From contig NC_068987.1 in assembly GCF_001194135.2 (NCBI RefSeq), forward strand, positions 25,475,125 through 25,517,881: 42,757 nucleotides of DNA. Reading direction: 5' to 3'. Source of the DNA: Octopus bimaculoides. Taxonomy: Eukaryota. The notes beneath the pieces were generated by a model. It saw only the letters and a list, made by a program, of their open reading frames with translations. It was not told the DNA's origin and did no database searches. This document shows positions 10,506-23,700 of the stretch, piece by piece. The number at the start of each line of letters is the position of its first letter. The stretch's first letter is position 1. Position numbers and translations under genes: made by a program.

Positions 10506-10506
<1 letters not shown>
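10292..10506. mobile_element. Degenerate Tc1/mariner-like MITE
   Basis: Left end CGAAGAGGTGCTGAAAAGTTCATGACTTTGGGTA; right end reverse complement TAAGGGATGCTGAAAAGATTTTCGCTTTAAGAGTA. The TIRs are imperfect and sit in a TA-rich context. Confidence 0.6.
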
Positions 10507-10570
<64 letters not shown>

Positions 10571-11043
10571 GTATGCATGTAATATGTACGTTTATCTTTG
10601 TGTGTGTGTGTGTATTCGATTTGAATTTATTCATATATTCATATTAATGATTAAAAACAGACTTTATTTCAAATCTTTACATCAGCGAATTATTCAAATT
10701 TTTCAAATTTCTCATGCATCCTTGTTTTCCCTTCTGTTGTATGTATGTATGTATGTATGTCATTATTCAGTTTTATTTCAAGATTTCTTGCCAATAGAGA
10801 AAGAGCCGGTTTCTAAACTAGATCCAAGGCTCCTTCATTGGAATTTCAACAACATCAACGGGGTATTTTTGTATGTATATGTATACGTGGTGACTTGTAT
10901 GATTTGTTTTATGTATGTATTCTCATGCATATAGTTGCATGTGTAGACATGCTCCTACATACCTAAATGATAAGCTTCAGAAAAGTTTTACAGATTTTAT
11001 ATATGCGTGTAGATGTAAGTATGTACATATACGTATGTGTGTG

Positions 11044-11086
<43 letters not shown>

Positions 11087-12240
11087 NNNNNNNNNNNNNN
11101 NNNNNNNNNNNNNNNNNNNNNNNNNNNNNNNNNNNNNNNNNNNNNNNNNNNNNNNNNNNNNNNNNNNNNNNNNNNNNNNNNNNNNNNNNNNNNNNNNNNN
11201 NNNNNNNNNNNNNNNNNNNNNNNNNNNNNNNNNNNNNNNNNNNNNNNNNNNNNNNNNNNNNNNNNNNNNNNNNNNNNNNNNNNNNNNNNNNNNNNNNNNN
11301 NNNNNNNNNNNNNNNNNNNNNNNNNNNNNNNNNNNNNNNNNNNNNNNNNNNNNNNNNNNNNNNNNNNNNNNNNNNNNNNNNNNNNNNNNNNNNNNNNNNN
11401 NNNNNNNNNNNNNNNNNNNNNNNNNNNNNNNNNNNNNNNNNTATATATATATATATATATTCATGTATGTGTGTAGTTTGTATTCCATTAGTGTTTTTCT
11501 TGTTTTTATGTCATTGGCATATGACAAAAACGTTTCATGTCCCTAGCATTCACTTTCAAGACAGCCAGTCATAAAAAAACATATGTAGTGTTTATACTAT
11601 ATTTCTGTTATTTCTTGTCTTGGTTCCCATTGAATATTGAAGGGAGTGCTACTACTGTATGTAAAATGGGGTTAATGATGAAATTTTAATGCTGTTTTCC
11701 ATATGTTGGCTTGTTTTACGATACTCGTATTATCTCTTTGAATCAAAAGTATTTAAAATTTCTTTCGTTATCTCGGCCATGTGATATTATCGCAGTCACG
11801 TATCACATATTTATGTTATTATTTTAACCTTGTAAATCCCAATTATTATATCTCATAGTTATTCTCCTCCTTGTGTATCTTAGTTTATCATCAGTGTTTA
11901 TCTCACAGTCATATATCATTCGTTAAAAAAGCTGATCGTTCGTTCGTGAAATCTTATGCCATATTTGTTAATCTTATCTCACGACCATATATCTGTACTA
12001 TGTGTTATTCTTTTTAATCATTTAGAACGAAATACAGTATCTACAACAAATTTTTACAGCTTCTATGAATGGTAGAAATAAATTATTCTCAAATCCGAGG
12101 CAGCGTCAAAATGCTTACATCAGAATGAACCCCTTTAAAGGCACTCAAGACCAGGTGATCGTGCTAAACCGTATAATAGATTAATCTTTCCATCCAAGAC
12201 CAGGAACCGACCTTCGGCGGGTTTCCGCACAGTTTTTATC

Positions 12241-12450
12241 TTTTATCTGTTTCAGTCATTAGACTGTGGCCATGCTGGAGCACCGCCTTGAAGAACTTTT
12301 AGTTGAATGAATCGACCCTGGTACTTTTTTCTTATGTTAAGCCTGGTATCGATTGTATTGGTCTTATTGCCGAACCGCTAGCTTACGAAGACGTATACAA
12401 ACTAACATTAATTGTCAAATGATGGTCACACAAACACACACACACACACA
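12241..12450 (-). mobile_element. 3' half of SINE family A
   Basis: GTTTCAGTCATTAGACTGTGGCCATGCTGGAGCACCGCCTTGAAG...AATCGACCCTGGTAC...GCCGAACCGCTAG. Confidence 0.85.
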
Positions 12451-13479
12451 TTAATATATATATATATATATACATATATAGATGGCAACTGAAAGAAGCC
12501 CGTTANNNNNNNNNNNNNNNNNNNNNNNNNNNNNNNNNNNNNNNNNNNNNNNNNNNNNNNNNNNNNNNNNNNNNNNNNNNNNNNNNNNNNNNNNNNNNNN
12601 NNNNNNNNNNNNNNNNNNNNNNNNNNNNNNNNNNNNNNNNNNNNNNNNNNNNNNNNNNNNNNNNNNNNNNNNNNNNNNNNNNNNNNNNNNNNNNNNNNNN
12701 NNNNNNNNNNNNNNNNNNNNNNNNNNNNNNNNNNNNNNNNNNNNNNNNNNNNNNNNNNNNNNNNNNNNNNNNNNNNNNNNNNNNNNNNNNNNNNNNNNNN
12801 NNNNNNNNNNNNNNNNNNNNNNNNNNNNNNNNNNNNNNNNNNNNNNNNNNNNNNNNNNNNNNNNNNNNNNNNNNNNNNNNNNNNNNNNNNNNNNNNNNNN
12901 NNNNNNNNNNNNNNNNNNNNNNNNNNNNNNNNNNNNNNNNNNNNNNNNNNNNNNNNNNNNNNNNNNNNNNNNNNNNNNNNNNNNNNNNNNNNNNNNNNNN
13001 NNNNNNNNNNNNNNNNNNNNNNNNNNNNNNNNNNNNNNNNNNNNNNNNNNNNNNNNNNNNNNNNNNNNNNNNNNNNNNNNNNNNNNNNNNNNNNNNNNNN
13101 NNNNNNNNNNNNNNNNNNNNNNNNNNNNNNNNNNNNNNNNNNNNNNNNNNNNNNNNNNNNNNNNNNNNNNNNNNNNNNNNNNNNNNNNNNNNNNNNNNNN
13201 NNNNNNNNNNNNNNNNNNNNNNNNNNNNNNNNNNNNNNNNNNNNNNNNNNNNNNNNNNNNNNNNNNNNNNNNNNNNNNNNNNNNNNNNNNNNNNNNNNNN
13301 NNNNNNNNNNNNNNNNNNNNNNNNNNNNNNNNNNNNNNNNNNNNNNNNNNNNNNNNNNNNNNNNNNNNNNNNNNNNGTTATCTCACAGCGATTTATCTTT
13401 CTTCTCTATTGTTACACCAAAAGCCCTGCATATCCCGTTTATGTCGTTATTCCCAGCCATGTATATAACATATTCATAG

Positions 13480-13666
13480 ATCTCTCACCCCCATGTATAT
13501 CTCATCTATATCTCACACCCATGTTTATCTCCTCTAATGTGTTCATCTATATTTTTTATCTCAACTCATCTATTTTGTTATCTCAGACACATACGATTTT
13601 TCTCAACATGCTTGACTTGCTACACTTTTTCATATTCTCCTCCATCTCTCTCTCTCTCTCTCCCTC

Positions 13667-13725
<59 letters not shown>

Positions 13726-14090
13726 CTCCCCTATATAATCACAACAGTCCGCTTCAGAATGCTTTTTCACACGCTACCTCTTTTTTTTTTTTCACTTATC
13801 TTCTCGCTCTTTCTCCTCTTCCTTTACTTCACACTCTTTTTTTTTATATTCTCTTCATCTCCCTTTCTTTTCTTCATCTCTCATTCATCCCCTCTATATG
13901 TTCTCTCTCCCTCTCTCTTTCCTGCTTCTCTTCACCTCCCTCTCTATCAACTCCTTTCTCTGATCGTTTCTCCTACACCCATCCCTCTCTCTTTCGCGTT
14001 TTGCCTGCCATTCTCATCACCTTTCTCTACTCCCTCCGCTCTAGTCTAATTCCCTCCCACCTTCTCCCTACTTCTCTCCCATTCTCATTC
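13480..14090. repeat. CT-rich low-complexity tract containing (CT)n and (CTAT)n
   Basis: Nearly G-free plus strand; (CTAT)n at about 13665-13720. Confidence 0.85.
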
Positions 14091-14400
14091 ACAGACCTAG
14101 GAGGTATGCACTCACAGAGATTAGAAAAATAACAATAATCATAATAAACAACTATCTGTCTGACTCTGTCTGTGATCATGTCTGTATATACTTAAGTGTG
14201 GCCCCCCCTCTCTCTCTCTCCAGTTGTCTTTCTCACCCTCCTTTTTTTCTTCATTTATATATATATATATATATATATATAAAGAGAGTGTGTGTGTGTG
14301 TGTGTTGTGTGTGCGCGCGCACGCGCTTGAGATTAATTGGCACCCAATTATAAATGCACTCTTCTGCTAAGCTTCCTTTATGAAAGAAAACATTAAAATG

Positions 14401-14434
<34 letters not shown>

Positions 14435-14599
14435 AACTTTCCTTTCGACACGTTAACTAGTGACCCTTTTTCATCCAGGCCAGAATTTGCCTCGTGTTCA
14501 TAAGGAAAGAAATATGTATTTCACCTCATTTCCCTCAAACACAGCGAAGCACAAATTTCAAAACGTATGCACACATACACACACACACACGATATGATA

Positions 14600-14925
14600 C
14601 AGGGCTCAGTTCCCCTGCATAACATCTTGGTAAATGACTTCTACTCGGGCCTATAGTCTCGAGCCTACCAAAGCCTAGTAAGTGAATTTTGGAAGAGGGG
14701 AAACTGAAAGAAACGTGTCATATATGTGTGTGTGTGTTTCTTGTTTTTGCGTTTGTTCCTTACTTGACAACCAGCGTTGGTTTGTTTACGTTTTAACGGT
14801 TCTGCATGACAGACTGATAGAATCAGTACCAGGATTTAGTCGATTCGTTCTATTAAAATCATTCAAGGTGTTGCCCCAGCATGAACGCGATGGTCCAATG
14901 ACTGAAACAAGTAAAAAAAAAAAAG
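14600..14925 (+). mobile_element. Degenerate near-full SINE family A
   Basis: CTATAGTCTCGAGCCTACCAAAGCC...GGAAACTGAAAGAAAC...(TG)n...CTTGACAACC...CCCCAGCATG...CAATGACTGAAACAAGTAAAA. Confidence 0.75.
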
Positions 14926-15020
14926 AGTGAGAGAGAGAAAGAAATATAGGACTTCCAAGTCCTGATAATTAAGTCTAAATTTCATCCTGAATGTATGATA
15001 GCATATTTTCATTCTGTTAG

Positions 15021-15215
15021 TGTTTAACTTCAAATCCTCCCTAATCAAGAGCGTTTTATCCACGACCATCCTGTCTTAGGTATTATATTTTCAGACACAT
15101 CTCGTCCTATATAACCCGATGTACAGTTATTTTTAAGGTGGTATGAGGGAACTTACTAATTCTTTGCTAATTCTTGCAGGTCGAGTGATCCCATAGAGGC
15201 TGTCTCGTTAGTTCG
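15021..15215 (-). repeat. Dispersed repeat family D (degenerate)
   Basis: TGTTTAACTTCAAATC...CACGACCATCCTGTCTTA...GCAGGTCGAGTGATCCCATAGAGGC, matching the other D copies. Strand is assigned from the inferred (AAC)n tail. Confidence 0.5.
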
Positions 15216-15524
15216 TTTTTATATTATTTTAATATTTTAATTTGGGATTAATTTGGTAATAAAACCTACGTCTTTTTTTTCCATTTCCCTGAAGTAGTTT
15301 ATTGAAGATTTGCAGACTGCAGGACAAGACGTGCTCTTTCTTTCGTGTACAATTATTAGTTAAACGTATCTACTTTTCATTAGTCCCTGCTATAAAAACA
15401 TAATCAATAGGCTGTTTTAGATATACCACGGAGATGATATTTATATTTCTTTCTCTCTCTCTCTCAATAAACAGATGTGTGTGTGTGTGTGTGTGAGGCA
15501 AATTGGAAGATTCTTTTAAACCGT

Positions 15525-17110
15525 CTGGATAGAATGCCTCGCAATATTTCTTCCGATTCACCGTTCTCTAACTTCAAACCTCGTCGAGATCTGATAAAAA
15601 AGAATGTTTAATTCCAATGTAAACACGAAGCCTTGGACTAACTTTTCCGGCTGTTTTCATTCTGACAGCATCCCCTACGACGTCACTAATGCCAAGCTAA
15701 TGGGAACATCGGTATTGAAATTAGAGAGGCTTGCATGTATGCGCAGTTGTGAGCCTTCCTTAAAAAGTCTTACCCTGGCTACTGCAGATATATGTGCAGA
15801 TATATGGCCCACCCTGATTGATGGAGTCCCTGTCTATCAATCTTCTCTCTTCTATAAATCTTTTAATCTTCTCCGCAATGCCATTCTTGCACATCGTTTT
15901 ACTTTTAGTGGGTCATCATGCATCGCTGTTAAGGTTTTTGTATTTGCTTCTTAAAAATGGTAATCCTTCATTCATAATTACACATAGTCTGGGGTTTTGC
16001 TATCTTCCTTTTCTGTATCATGTCCCAAATTTCATTTGCAATCCTCTTTTTTCTCTTAATTCTTCTTCCGCTCAAAAGTTTTGGAGAGCTGGCAGAATCG
16101 TTAGCACGCCGGGCCAAATGCTTAGCAGCATTTTGTCAACCTTTACGTCCTGATTTCAAATCACGCCGAGATCAGTCTTGACTTTCATCCTTCAAGTACC
16201 AATTGAGGATAGGTCAATGCAATCGACTTATCACCATCCCGAAATTGCTGACCTTGTGCCAAAATTTGCAATCAATATTTATTCGACATATAATGTATAT
16301 TCTTCACGCTCTCCTTTTTATCCATTTATGTAATTTCAATAACAACCCTATTTCTACATTTACTCATAAACTCTTTAGATTTTTTCAATTCTCATTTTCT
16401 TTGTATTAAACTTTGGGCTCGAAATTCTAGTTGTCATCATATTGCATAAGAATAATTTTTAAACTTAGATATTGTGAATCGATCGTCGCCTCCCGTAAAA
16501 GTTGTTTTTTAAAGTCTTTACATCTTTTTTGTGAGGTCGTATGTAGTTTATTAACTGTAATTGATTTTGCGATTACCCTCTATTATATTTGTCTATATTT
16601 CAATTTTCTAAATACGTATCACCAATTGTAAATTCATTTCTATACAAAAACTAACAAACCGTAATACATATTCATTCACTTTTCCCACATTCCTTGTTGC
16701 TATGTATACTAAAATACAACTGCCATTGCAGTGTATAGTTTGGTGTTAGAACCTGTTATATACAGCAGTAAGTCACGATTTGTTATTTTCCCATTTTCCA
16801 CTTCAAACATTCTTTTTTTATTCTCAATTGCTTTATTTGACATAACGCACAAATCTACTAACATCTCTTAAGTTTAGATCTGTACATGTCTCATAAAATC
16901 GTGTTATCAATTGGTTGATAGTCACTAGATGCTTTACCACTTCCTTCAAACTTTAATAGTCCTACTCCATTATGCTGTAGTTTACCATCACTTCCTGAAC
17001 GAAGAACATTTTTATTTTTAAGTTTAACGATATCAAATCCAGTTAATATTATCTCCATTAATGGTACAGATGTCTAAATAACATATATCAAATTGATGCA
17101 TGTTGTTCTA
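15525..17110 (-). pseudogene. Heavily decayed RTE-clade LINE ORF fragment (AP endonuclease plus linker), interrupted by a SINE
   Basis: Minus-strand peptides occur in correct RTE order across frameshifts and stops: VLRSGSDGKLQHNGVGLL..YQPIDNTIL (~17007-16900), FVSFCIE/NEFTIGDTY (~16660-16612), KDVKTL..EATIDS (~16535-16475), KKRIANEIWDMIQKRKIAK (~16055-15995), GKVSPRLRV, LSDLDEV..RER..KKYCEAFY (~15600-15529). Confidence 0.6.
16083..16279 (+). mobile_element. SINE family B inserted in the decayed RTE
   Basis: GAGCTGGCAGAATCGTTAGCACGCCGGGCCAAATGCTTAGC...AATCGACTTATC...GACCTTGTGCCAAAATTTG. Confidence 0.8.
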
Positions 17111-17654
17111 TTTTTTTTCCATCTTAATTTAAGGCGTGCATATTCCATATCGCAACCGTAAATTTAGGGGTGGATTTATGAATTTATTAGTTGTCAACTA
17201 ATACATTCCTTGCCCAATTAAGGACTGCTCGGGACTAAGGTTCAAACTACGAGTCGTTTCGTAGGCTTTAAATTTATACCGAATCTGTTGTTGCATTTCT
17301 GGAACCTTACCTTTTATGGAACCCTGTAAAGGTAATCAAGAATAAAGTTCTAAATACTAGATAAAAGAAAAGACTCTTAAAACAGTATGAACTAGATCAG
17401 TTTCATCTTCTATTTCGCCAGCTAAACGGGATCACGACATTGTAACGGAGAAATCACACTAGCAGAGGTCTCAACAATTGTAAAGAATCATAAAGCACCA
17501 AGTGAAGAAAGAATCGAACTCGAGATGGCAAAAGCTGATGGATTCATAACACTAATTGTGTACAACTGACTGTTTTATTGCACCTCAGTAACAAATGAGA
17601 TTCCCAGAGGATGGGCGAAATGTGTTATCATTAAAATATCCAAGAAGGGATTGT

Positions 17655-17905
17655 GGATGCGTGTGGTTTAGTGGTTAAGGTGTTGGATTTATGATAGGAA
17701 GATTGTGGTTTCGCGATTCTTGGACCGGGCGACGCATATTGTTCTTGAGCCAAACGCTTCATTCTACCTTGCTCCAGTCCACTCAGCAGACAAAAAATGA
17801 GTATTCCTGCAACGGAACAGAGTCCCGTTCAGATAGAAAATACATACGCCACGGAAACCGGGAAACCAGCCCTGCAAGAGTATATGACTCAGGAAGGTTC
17901 TACTT
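17655..17905 (+). mobile_element. tRNA-derived SINE, group C
   Basis: Head GTGTGGTTTAGTGGTTAAGGTGTTGG...GGTTTCGCGATTC, TTCTTGAGC...TTGCTCCAGTCCACTCAGC central block, CCACGGAAACCGGGAAACC 3' block. Confidence 0.75.
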
Positions 17906-17919
17906 GAGCGTGAGAACTT

Positions 17920-19875
17920 GAAAGGTATCACTCTGGCAGCAAAACGGGGAGCCGAAACGCTGCTGAAGAAAGACCCAAACAAGGGGGACGTAATAGATAA
18001 CTTTAAGCCCATCACTCTGCTCAATGCAGACTTGAAAATTTTGGTCAAGGTGTTAGCCAAGAGGTTGGTGCTTGTCATCGAGAAACTGGTCGACAAGGCG
18101 CAAATGTGCGCCGTAACGGGCCGGAGCATCCATAACACCCTCCATCTGATGCGCTACATCATAGACAGGGTAGTTAAGGAGCCTGGCATGAGCGGGGCCC
18201 TGATCAATTTGGATCAGTCCAAAGCTTTCGATAGGGTAAAGCATCGATACTTGGAAGCTGTCCTCATAGCGGCTGGTTTCGATCCCATCTTTCGCAGCTG
18301 GATAGCTGCTTTGTACAGAGGCATCCATTCGGTAATTCGCGTAAATGGACNNNNNNNNNNNNNNNNNNNNNNNNNNNNNNNNNNNNNNNNNNNNNNNNNN
18401 NNNNNNNNNNNNNNNNNNNNNNNNNNNNNNNNNNNNNNNNNNNNNNNNNNNNNNNNNNNNNNNNNNNNNNNNNNNNNNNNNNNNNNNNNNNNNNNNNNNN
18501 NNNNNNNNNNNNNNNNNNNNNNNNNNNNNNNNNNNNNNNNNNNNNNNNNNNNNNNNNNNNNNNNNNNNNNNNNNNNNNNNNNNNNNNNNNNNNNNNNNNN
18601 NNNNNNNNNNNNNNNNNNNNNNNNNNNNNNNNNNNNNNNNNNNNNNNNNNNNNNNNNNNNNNNNNNNNNNNNNNNNNNNNNNNNNNNNNNNNNNNNNNNN
18701 NNNNNNNNNNNNNNNNNNNNNNNNNNNNNNNNNNNNNNNNNNNNNNNNNNNNNNNNNNNNNNNNNNNNNNNNNNNNNNNNNNNNNNNNNNNNNNNNNNGA
18801 AGAACTGCAGTCGTGGATCAAAAAGAGGCCGAGGAAGGGCTTGTGGCACCGCAGTGTCCCGTTGCTCTCCAGCAACTATGCCGTCCCGAGTCGACCTTGA
18901 GCGACTTCAACACAGCCAAAGCATTCTATAGGGGATTAGTGGAGGGGAGGTACGACGACGATCTCGGGGCGAACCTGGGCGTCGACGAGGAATACCTGAC
19001 CTGACTGTTCAAGACGACTTTCGGGCCAGGACCTATGGACAACTTCCAGAGATCCCTGGCCTGGCAGTGCTATCGAGAAGCGCTACCCGTTCGGGATAAG
19101 CTCTACAAGCATGGTTCGAGAAACACGAGGCCGACCTGCCCGAGGTGCGGTCAGAGCGACGAAACCGTCCTGCACGCACTCGTACGGTGTCCAACCATTT
19201 CCGACCTGTGGGCCTATGTCGAACAATGCTATCGCGTGTGGGATGAGTCAGTTTATCAACCGAGTCTGTCGTGAATATTGTCGCGCCTCCTTCCTTGAAA
19301 CGGGAAGGAAGAGCTATTTTCATCGTACTTGTGGCTATGGCGAAAGAATGTGTATGGTGGACACACGTCTGAAAGGTTCAGAGACGTCTCGAGGCGAACC
19401 TGGTCAATCTCTCATCAACTTCTTCAAGTATCACTTGAAAAGGTGAGAGTTGAGAGGGAAGTTTTGTCTAGTGAATGTTTCAAAAAAAGATGGGTGAATG
19501 TAGCAAGGATGGCACGTATGAATGACGGAGCCAGCTTGAGCATAATTCCATGAACCAAAAAAAGAAAGGGAAAAAGAGAGTCACGTACTGTAATGTGTAT
19601 TTTTTTTTGCATGACACTATTGGCCAAGGTTACTTTGGTCTTTTCCGTGGGCTTTTCTTCCCACGGATAAACCTAATCTGTTTTCCCCTTTTACATTGAC
19701 ATTTCTGTGATACACGATCCCTATTGATCGGCCTTTCTTTTTTTTTTCTTTCTTTCTTTTTCTTTCTTTTTCCACGATCCCTTATGATCGAAATTCAACC
19801 CATTTTTTTCTCTTCTTCCCCAAAAGAAAAGTTCTACTTTGTATTTTGTCCCCGTTGTGTTCAGCCCTGTGTGGC
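17920..19875 (+). mobile_element. 5'-truncated, defective Tx1/L1-type LINE: RT N-part, gap, C-terminal CCHC zinc finger, T-rich 3' UTR
   Basis: NFKPITLLNADLKILVKVLAKRL, GRSIHN, LINLDQSKAFDRV are L1/Tx1-type RT motifs. After the gap come an in-frame TGA (19002-19004), LAWQCYREALPV, and CPRCGQSDETVLHALVRC (CX2CX7HX4C), then frameshifts to a stop at 19553. A T-rich UTR runs to the gap at 19876. Confidence 0.9.
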
Positions 19876-20729
19876 NNNNNNNNNNNNNNNNNNNNNNNNN
19901 NNNNNNNNNNNNNNNNNNNNNNNNNNNNNNNNNNNNNNNNNNNNNNNNNNNNNNNNNNNNNNNNNNNNNNNNNNNNNNNNNNNNNNNNNNNNNNNNNNNN
20001 NNNNNNNNNNNNNNNNNNNNNNNNNNNNNNNNNNNNNNNNNNNNNNNNNNNNNNNNNNNNNNNNNNNNNNNNNNNNNNNNNNNNNNNNNNNNNNNNNNNN
20101 NNNNNNNNNNNNNNNNNNNNNNNNNNNNNNNNNNNNNNNNNNNNNNNNNNNNNNNNNNNNNNNNNNNNNNNNNNNNNNNNNNNNNNNNNNNNNNNNNNNN
20201 NNNNNNNNNNNNNNNNNNNNNNNNNNNNNNNNNNNNNNNNNNNNNNNNNNNNNNNNNNNNNNNNNNNNNNNNNNNNNNNNATATTCGTGTGTGTGTGCGT
20301 GTGCGTGCGTGCGTTACTGCTGGTAATACTTACCGGAAGAATGCGTTTTCAGGTATATAAATGCATGTAAAACAGGCGATTGATGTCTAGACTTTGAAAC
20401 ATATTAGATTTTTAATTTTCCAAAATACCTGACGGTAAAAGCGTTTGGTGGTCTGTGTAAATAGCGCAATAAACAAGCTAAGAGTAGTTTCTGTTTTATG
20501 AGTTTATTGACTCGTATCAGTATATGCAAATTGAATTGAGTGTGCATGTCTGTTCTTTTACCTCGTCTTCGAGTTTTTTTTTCTTTTACACCATATATTT
20601 ATATATGTGTTATGTGAATGTGTATATATTAATATATCAAAGTGTGCGTATACACTCATATGTGTGTGTATATAAATATATATATACGTAAATAGATGCG
20701 TACGTATACACATACTCATACAGTCGTAC

Positions 20730-23700
20730 ATATGTACATCTCCTCTCTCCATTCCTCGACGTTTTTCGTTCGTTCATACACCTTCCTCTTAATTTATACA
20801 CTTCTGATCATTTCTTCCTATTTTTTCTTCCTTCCTTTTATTCTTTCATCTACTTTCTTCATATCTCTTGTTTTTTTTTTTTTTTGGTTTTTTCTTTCTT
20901 CCTTTGTCAAGTTTCTTTTCCCCAACCGGTCTTCTGTGTCATTTCCTTTTCTTCTTTTTGTTATTATTAATATTATTTTCGAGGTTCTCCTTTTCTCCCA
21001 ATTTCTCCCTTTTCGGCATTCACTTATTTTTTATTCTAATTTCTTCTCGTCCTAGTTTCCTCTTCCTTCATCCACTTCTATTTTATTAGTCTTTCATCTA
21101 GGTTTTTTTTTCCCTGCATTCTTCTCTCCTCTGATTTCTTTTTCCGCCTACTTTATTTTTCATTCGATTAATTTAACTTATTTTTCCTTTAATTGTATCT
21201 TCTTTAGTCTGGTTTCTTCATTTTCTTCTATTTTTTCTTTCCACTAGCTTATTTTTTCTCTACTTTTCTTTTACCTATTTCGTATATCTTTCAACTACTT
21301 TCTTTCAAATTTCTTCTTATTCTTTCTCCCCTCAACTTCATTTATGTAATTTCTTCGCTTAGTTTTTCTTCTTCAAATTCCTTAGTTCTGCTGCATTTTC
21401 CTTCTTTCGTCTGTTTTCTTTCTCTTTCATTTACATCCCTCTTTTGCTTTCTACTTTTGTTTTTCGCCTACATTCTTCTATCGTACACTTTTCACCTTCT
21501 CATCTAATTTTACCAGCTTCAGTCTCATCTCTTCTTACCGTCTGTAGTTCCTGACTTTTTTTTTTCGTCTAATTTCTTTTTTCATCTCTTTTCTATCTTT
21601 TGTCAAGTTCCTTATTCCAACAAGTTTCCTCTTATTTTTTTGTCGTTTTCCTGCCTTTTTCACCTCTTTTCTACCTATTTACTTCTGTTTTGTCTTTCTT
21701 TTACTTCTTTCTCTTTCCTCTTCTTCCGTCTCGTTCCTCATTCTCTCCTTTGATTCTTTTCTGCTTTCATCTATTTCACTTTTATCTAGTTTCCTCATCG
21801 TTTGTCCTTTTCCTTTTTTCATCTATTCTCTTCTTGCTTCGTTTACTCTTTTCTTTCCTTTTGTTTTTCCCCTTCTAGTTTTCTCTTAGTTCACGCTCTT
21901 TCTTTTCGTTTCAATTTCCATCCGCTTTCAACACGTTTGATCGTCTCTACTTTCTTCTAGTTTCTTGTTCTTTTCTCTACTTCTTTTTCTTTTCGCTTAC
22001 TTTCCTCTTTCGTCTCGTTTCTTCTTCTTTCGTCTGCTTCTTTCTTTTTACTTTGCCTATTTTTTCCCATTTTTCGCTATTCACTTCTGTCGTTCATTCC
22101 TTTCATTCATCTACTCTCTTCTTTCTCCTCGTTTTTCTTTTTCCTTTACTTTTATATGGTCTAGTTTCCTCTCGTTTTCTTCTTTCGGCTGGTTTCTTCT
22201 TTTCCTGCTTTCTTCCTTTCTCCTTTCATTCATCTACTCTCTTCTTTCTCCTCGTTTTTCTTTTTCCTCGTTTTTCTTTCTCCTTTACTTTTTCTTACAT
22301 CTAGTGTCTTCTTCATTTGTGTACATTTTTCTATCGTCTACATTTATTTCTCGTCTCATATGTTCCTGTTTCTTTCCTCTTTCATAAAATTTCTTCTTCC
22401 TCTAACTACCTTCACGTTTTTTCTCTTTTCTACTTGTTTCGTTTACCTGCTTCTTCCTTCACACATTTTCTTCTTACAAGTATTTCTTTCTTCATTTTTT
22501 AAAAAAATTCGTTCGTCCACTTTTATCCCTCCCACTTTTTAACCAATTCCTAACTTTCATTTCTGTTTTCTTCTTTCTTCTATTTCTTTTTTCATTACTT
22601 TTCTCTTCTTTCATTTACTTTCCTCTTTCCATTTTGTCTTTCATTTCTTTTTCTTTTTTTAACTTTTTACTCATTTGATCAGCTTAATTCAAATCTCACA
22701 TATTTTCTCCTTTCTTCCAATTCTTCCTTTGTTTTCAATCTCTGATTCTTTTTGTTTAGTTTTTCATTCTCCTATCTACATTCAATCTTTCATTTCCTTT
22801 CTGTTCCTTTCTCATATATTCTTATTTCGTCTACTTTCTTTCTTTTGCAATTTTTAAAAATCTCTCTATTTTCCTCTTTTCATCTACTTCTTTTCCTTTA
22901 CATTCTTCTTTCGTAGGCTGTTTTCTTTTTCTCTTCCTTTCTTCTTCGTTCTTCTACTTTTCCTTCTATTTCTTCTTTCACGTATTTTCCTTTTCTGTCT
23001 CCTTTCTTTTTCTTTCATCACTTTGTCTAATTTCTTCTTTTGTCTTATTCCTCCATCTAGTTTCTTCTCATTTCTTTTTTCCTTTCTCTTCTTTCGTTTA
23101 GCTTAATCTTCTCTCGTCTACTTTTTCTGCTTTCTTCCCTCAATTTCTTTGTTTTCTTTCTTTTTTTCTTAGTCTGGTTTCTTCTTTCACATAAATAAAG
23201 AATATATCTTCTTTCCTCAACTTTCTTCATGCACCTATCATCTCCAACTTTTCCCTACTTTTTTTTTCTGCTCTCTTCTTTTCTTTCATTTCTTTTTTAT
23301 CTATTTCTTTCGCCAAGAGCTTGCATCTTTTCGCTTTTCGTTTCGTCTTCCATCAACTTTCTCTGTCAACTAGCTTCTTTCGTTTTCGTCCATATTCTTT
23401 TGTCTCAACTCTATCTTTCCAAGTGTTTATGCTTTTTAAATTCCCCCTGTTCTTTCATTTATTCTTCCCTTCTTTTAACTACTCTTTCGTCCTTCGTTAA
23501 ATTACTCCCTTCATCTTTCTTTACTTCTTTCTTCTTCCCCTTTCATACTTTCATCTAACCTACCCTAATTTCACACAGCTACTTCTTTCTTTCAACTATC
23601 CCTTTCTTTCGTCTTCTAAAAAAACAAATCATTCATCCACTTCAGCTTCTTCTGCTTTACTTGTTTCAGTCATTTGACTGCGGCCATGCTGGAGCACCGC

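Noticed and set aside
12060-12154. Possible exon (SMNGRNKLFSNPRQRQNAYIRMNPFKGTQDQ)
   Set aside because: Weak donor (CAG|GTGATC), short pyrimidine tract and no recognisable homology; within chance expectation.
17764-18328. Antisense ORFs over the Tx1 RT (17764-18138, 18053-18328) and over the CR1 copy (41351-41806, 42199-42423)
   Set aside because: They are shadow frames of retrotransposon coding sequence.
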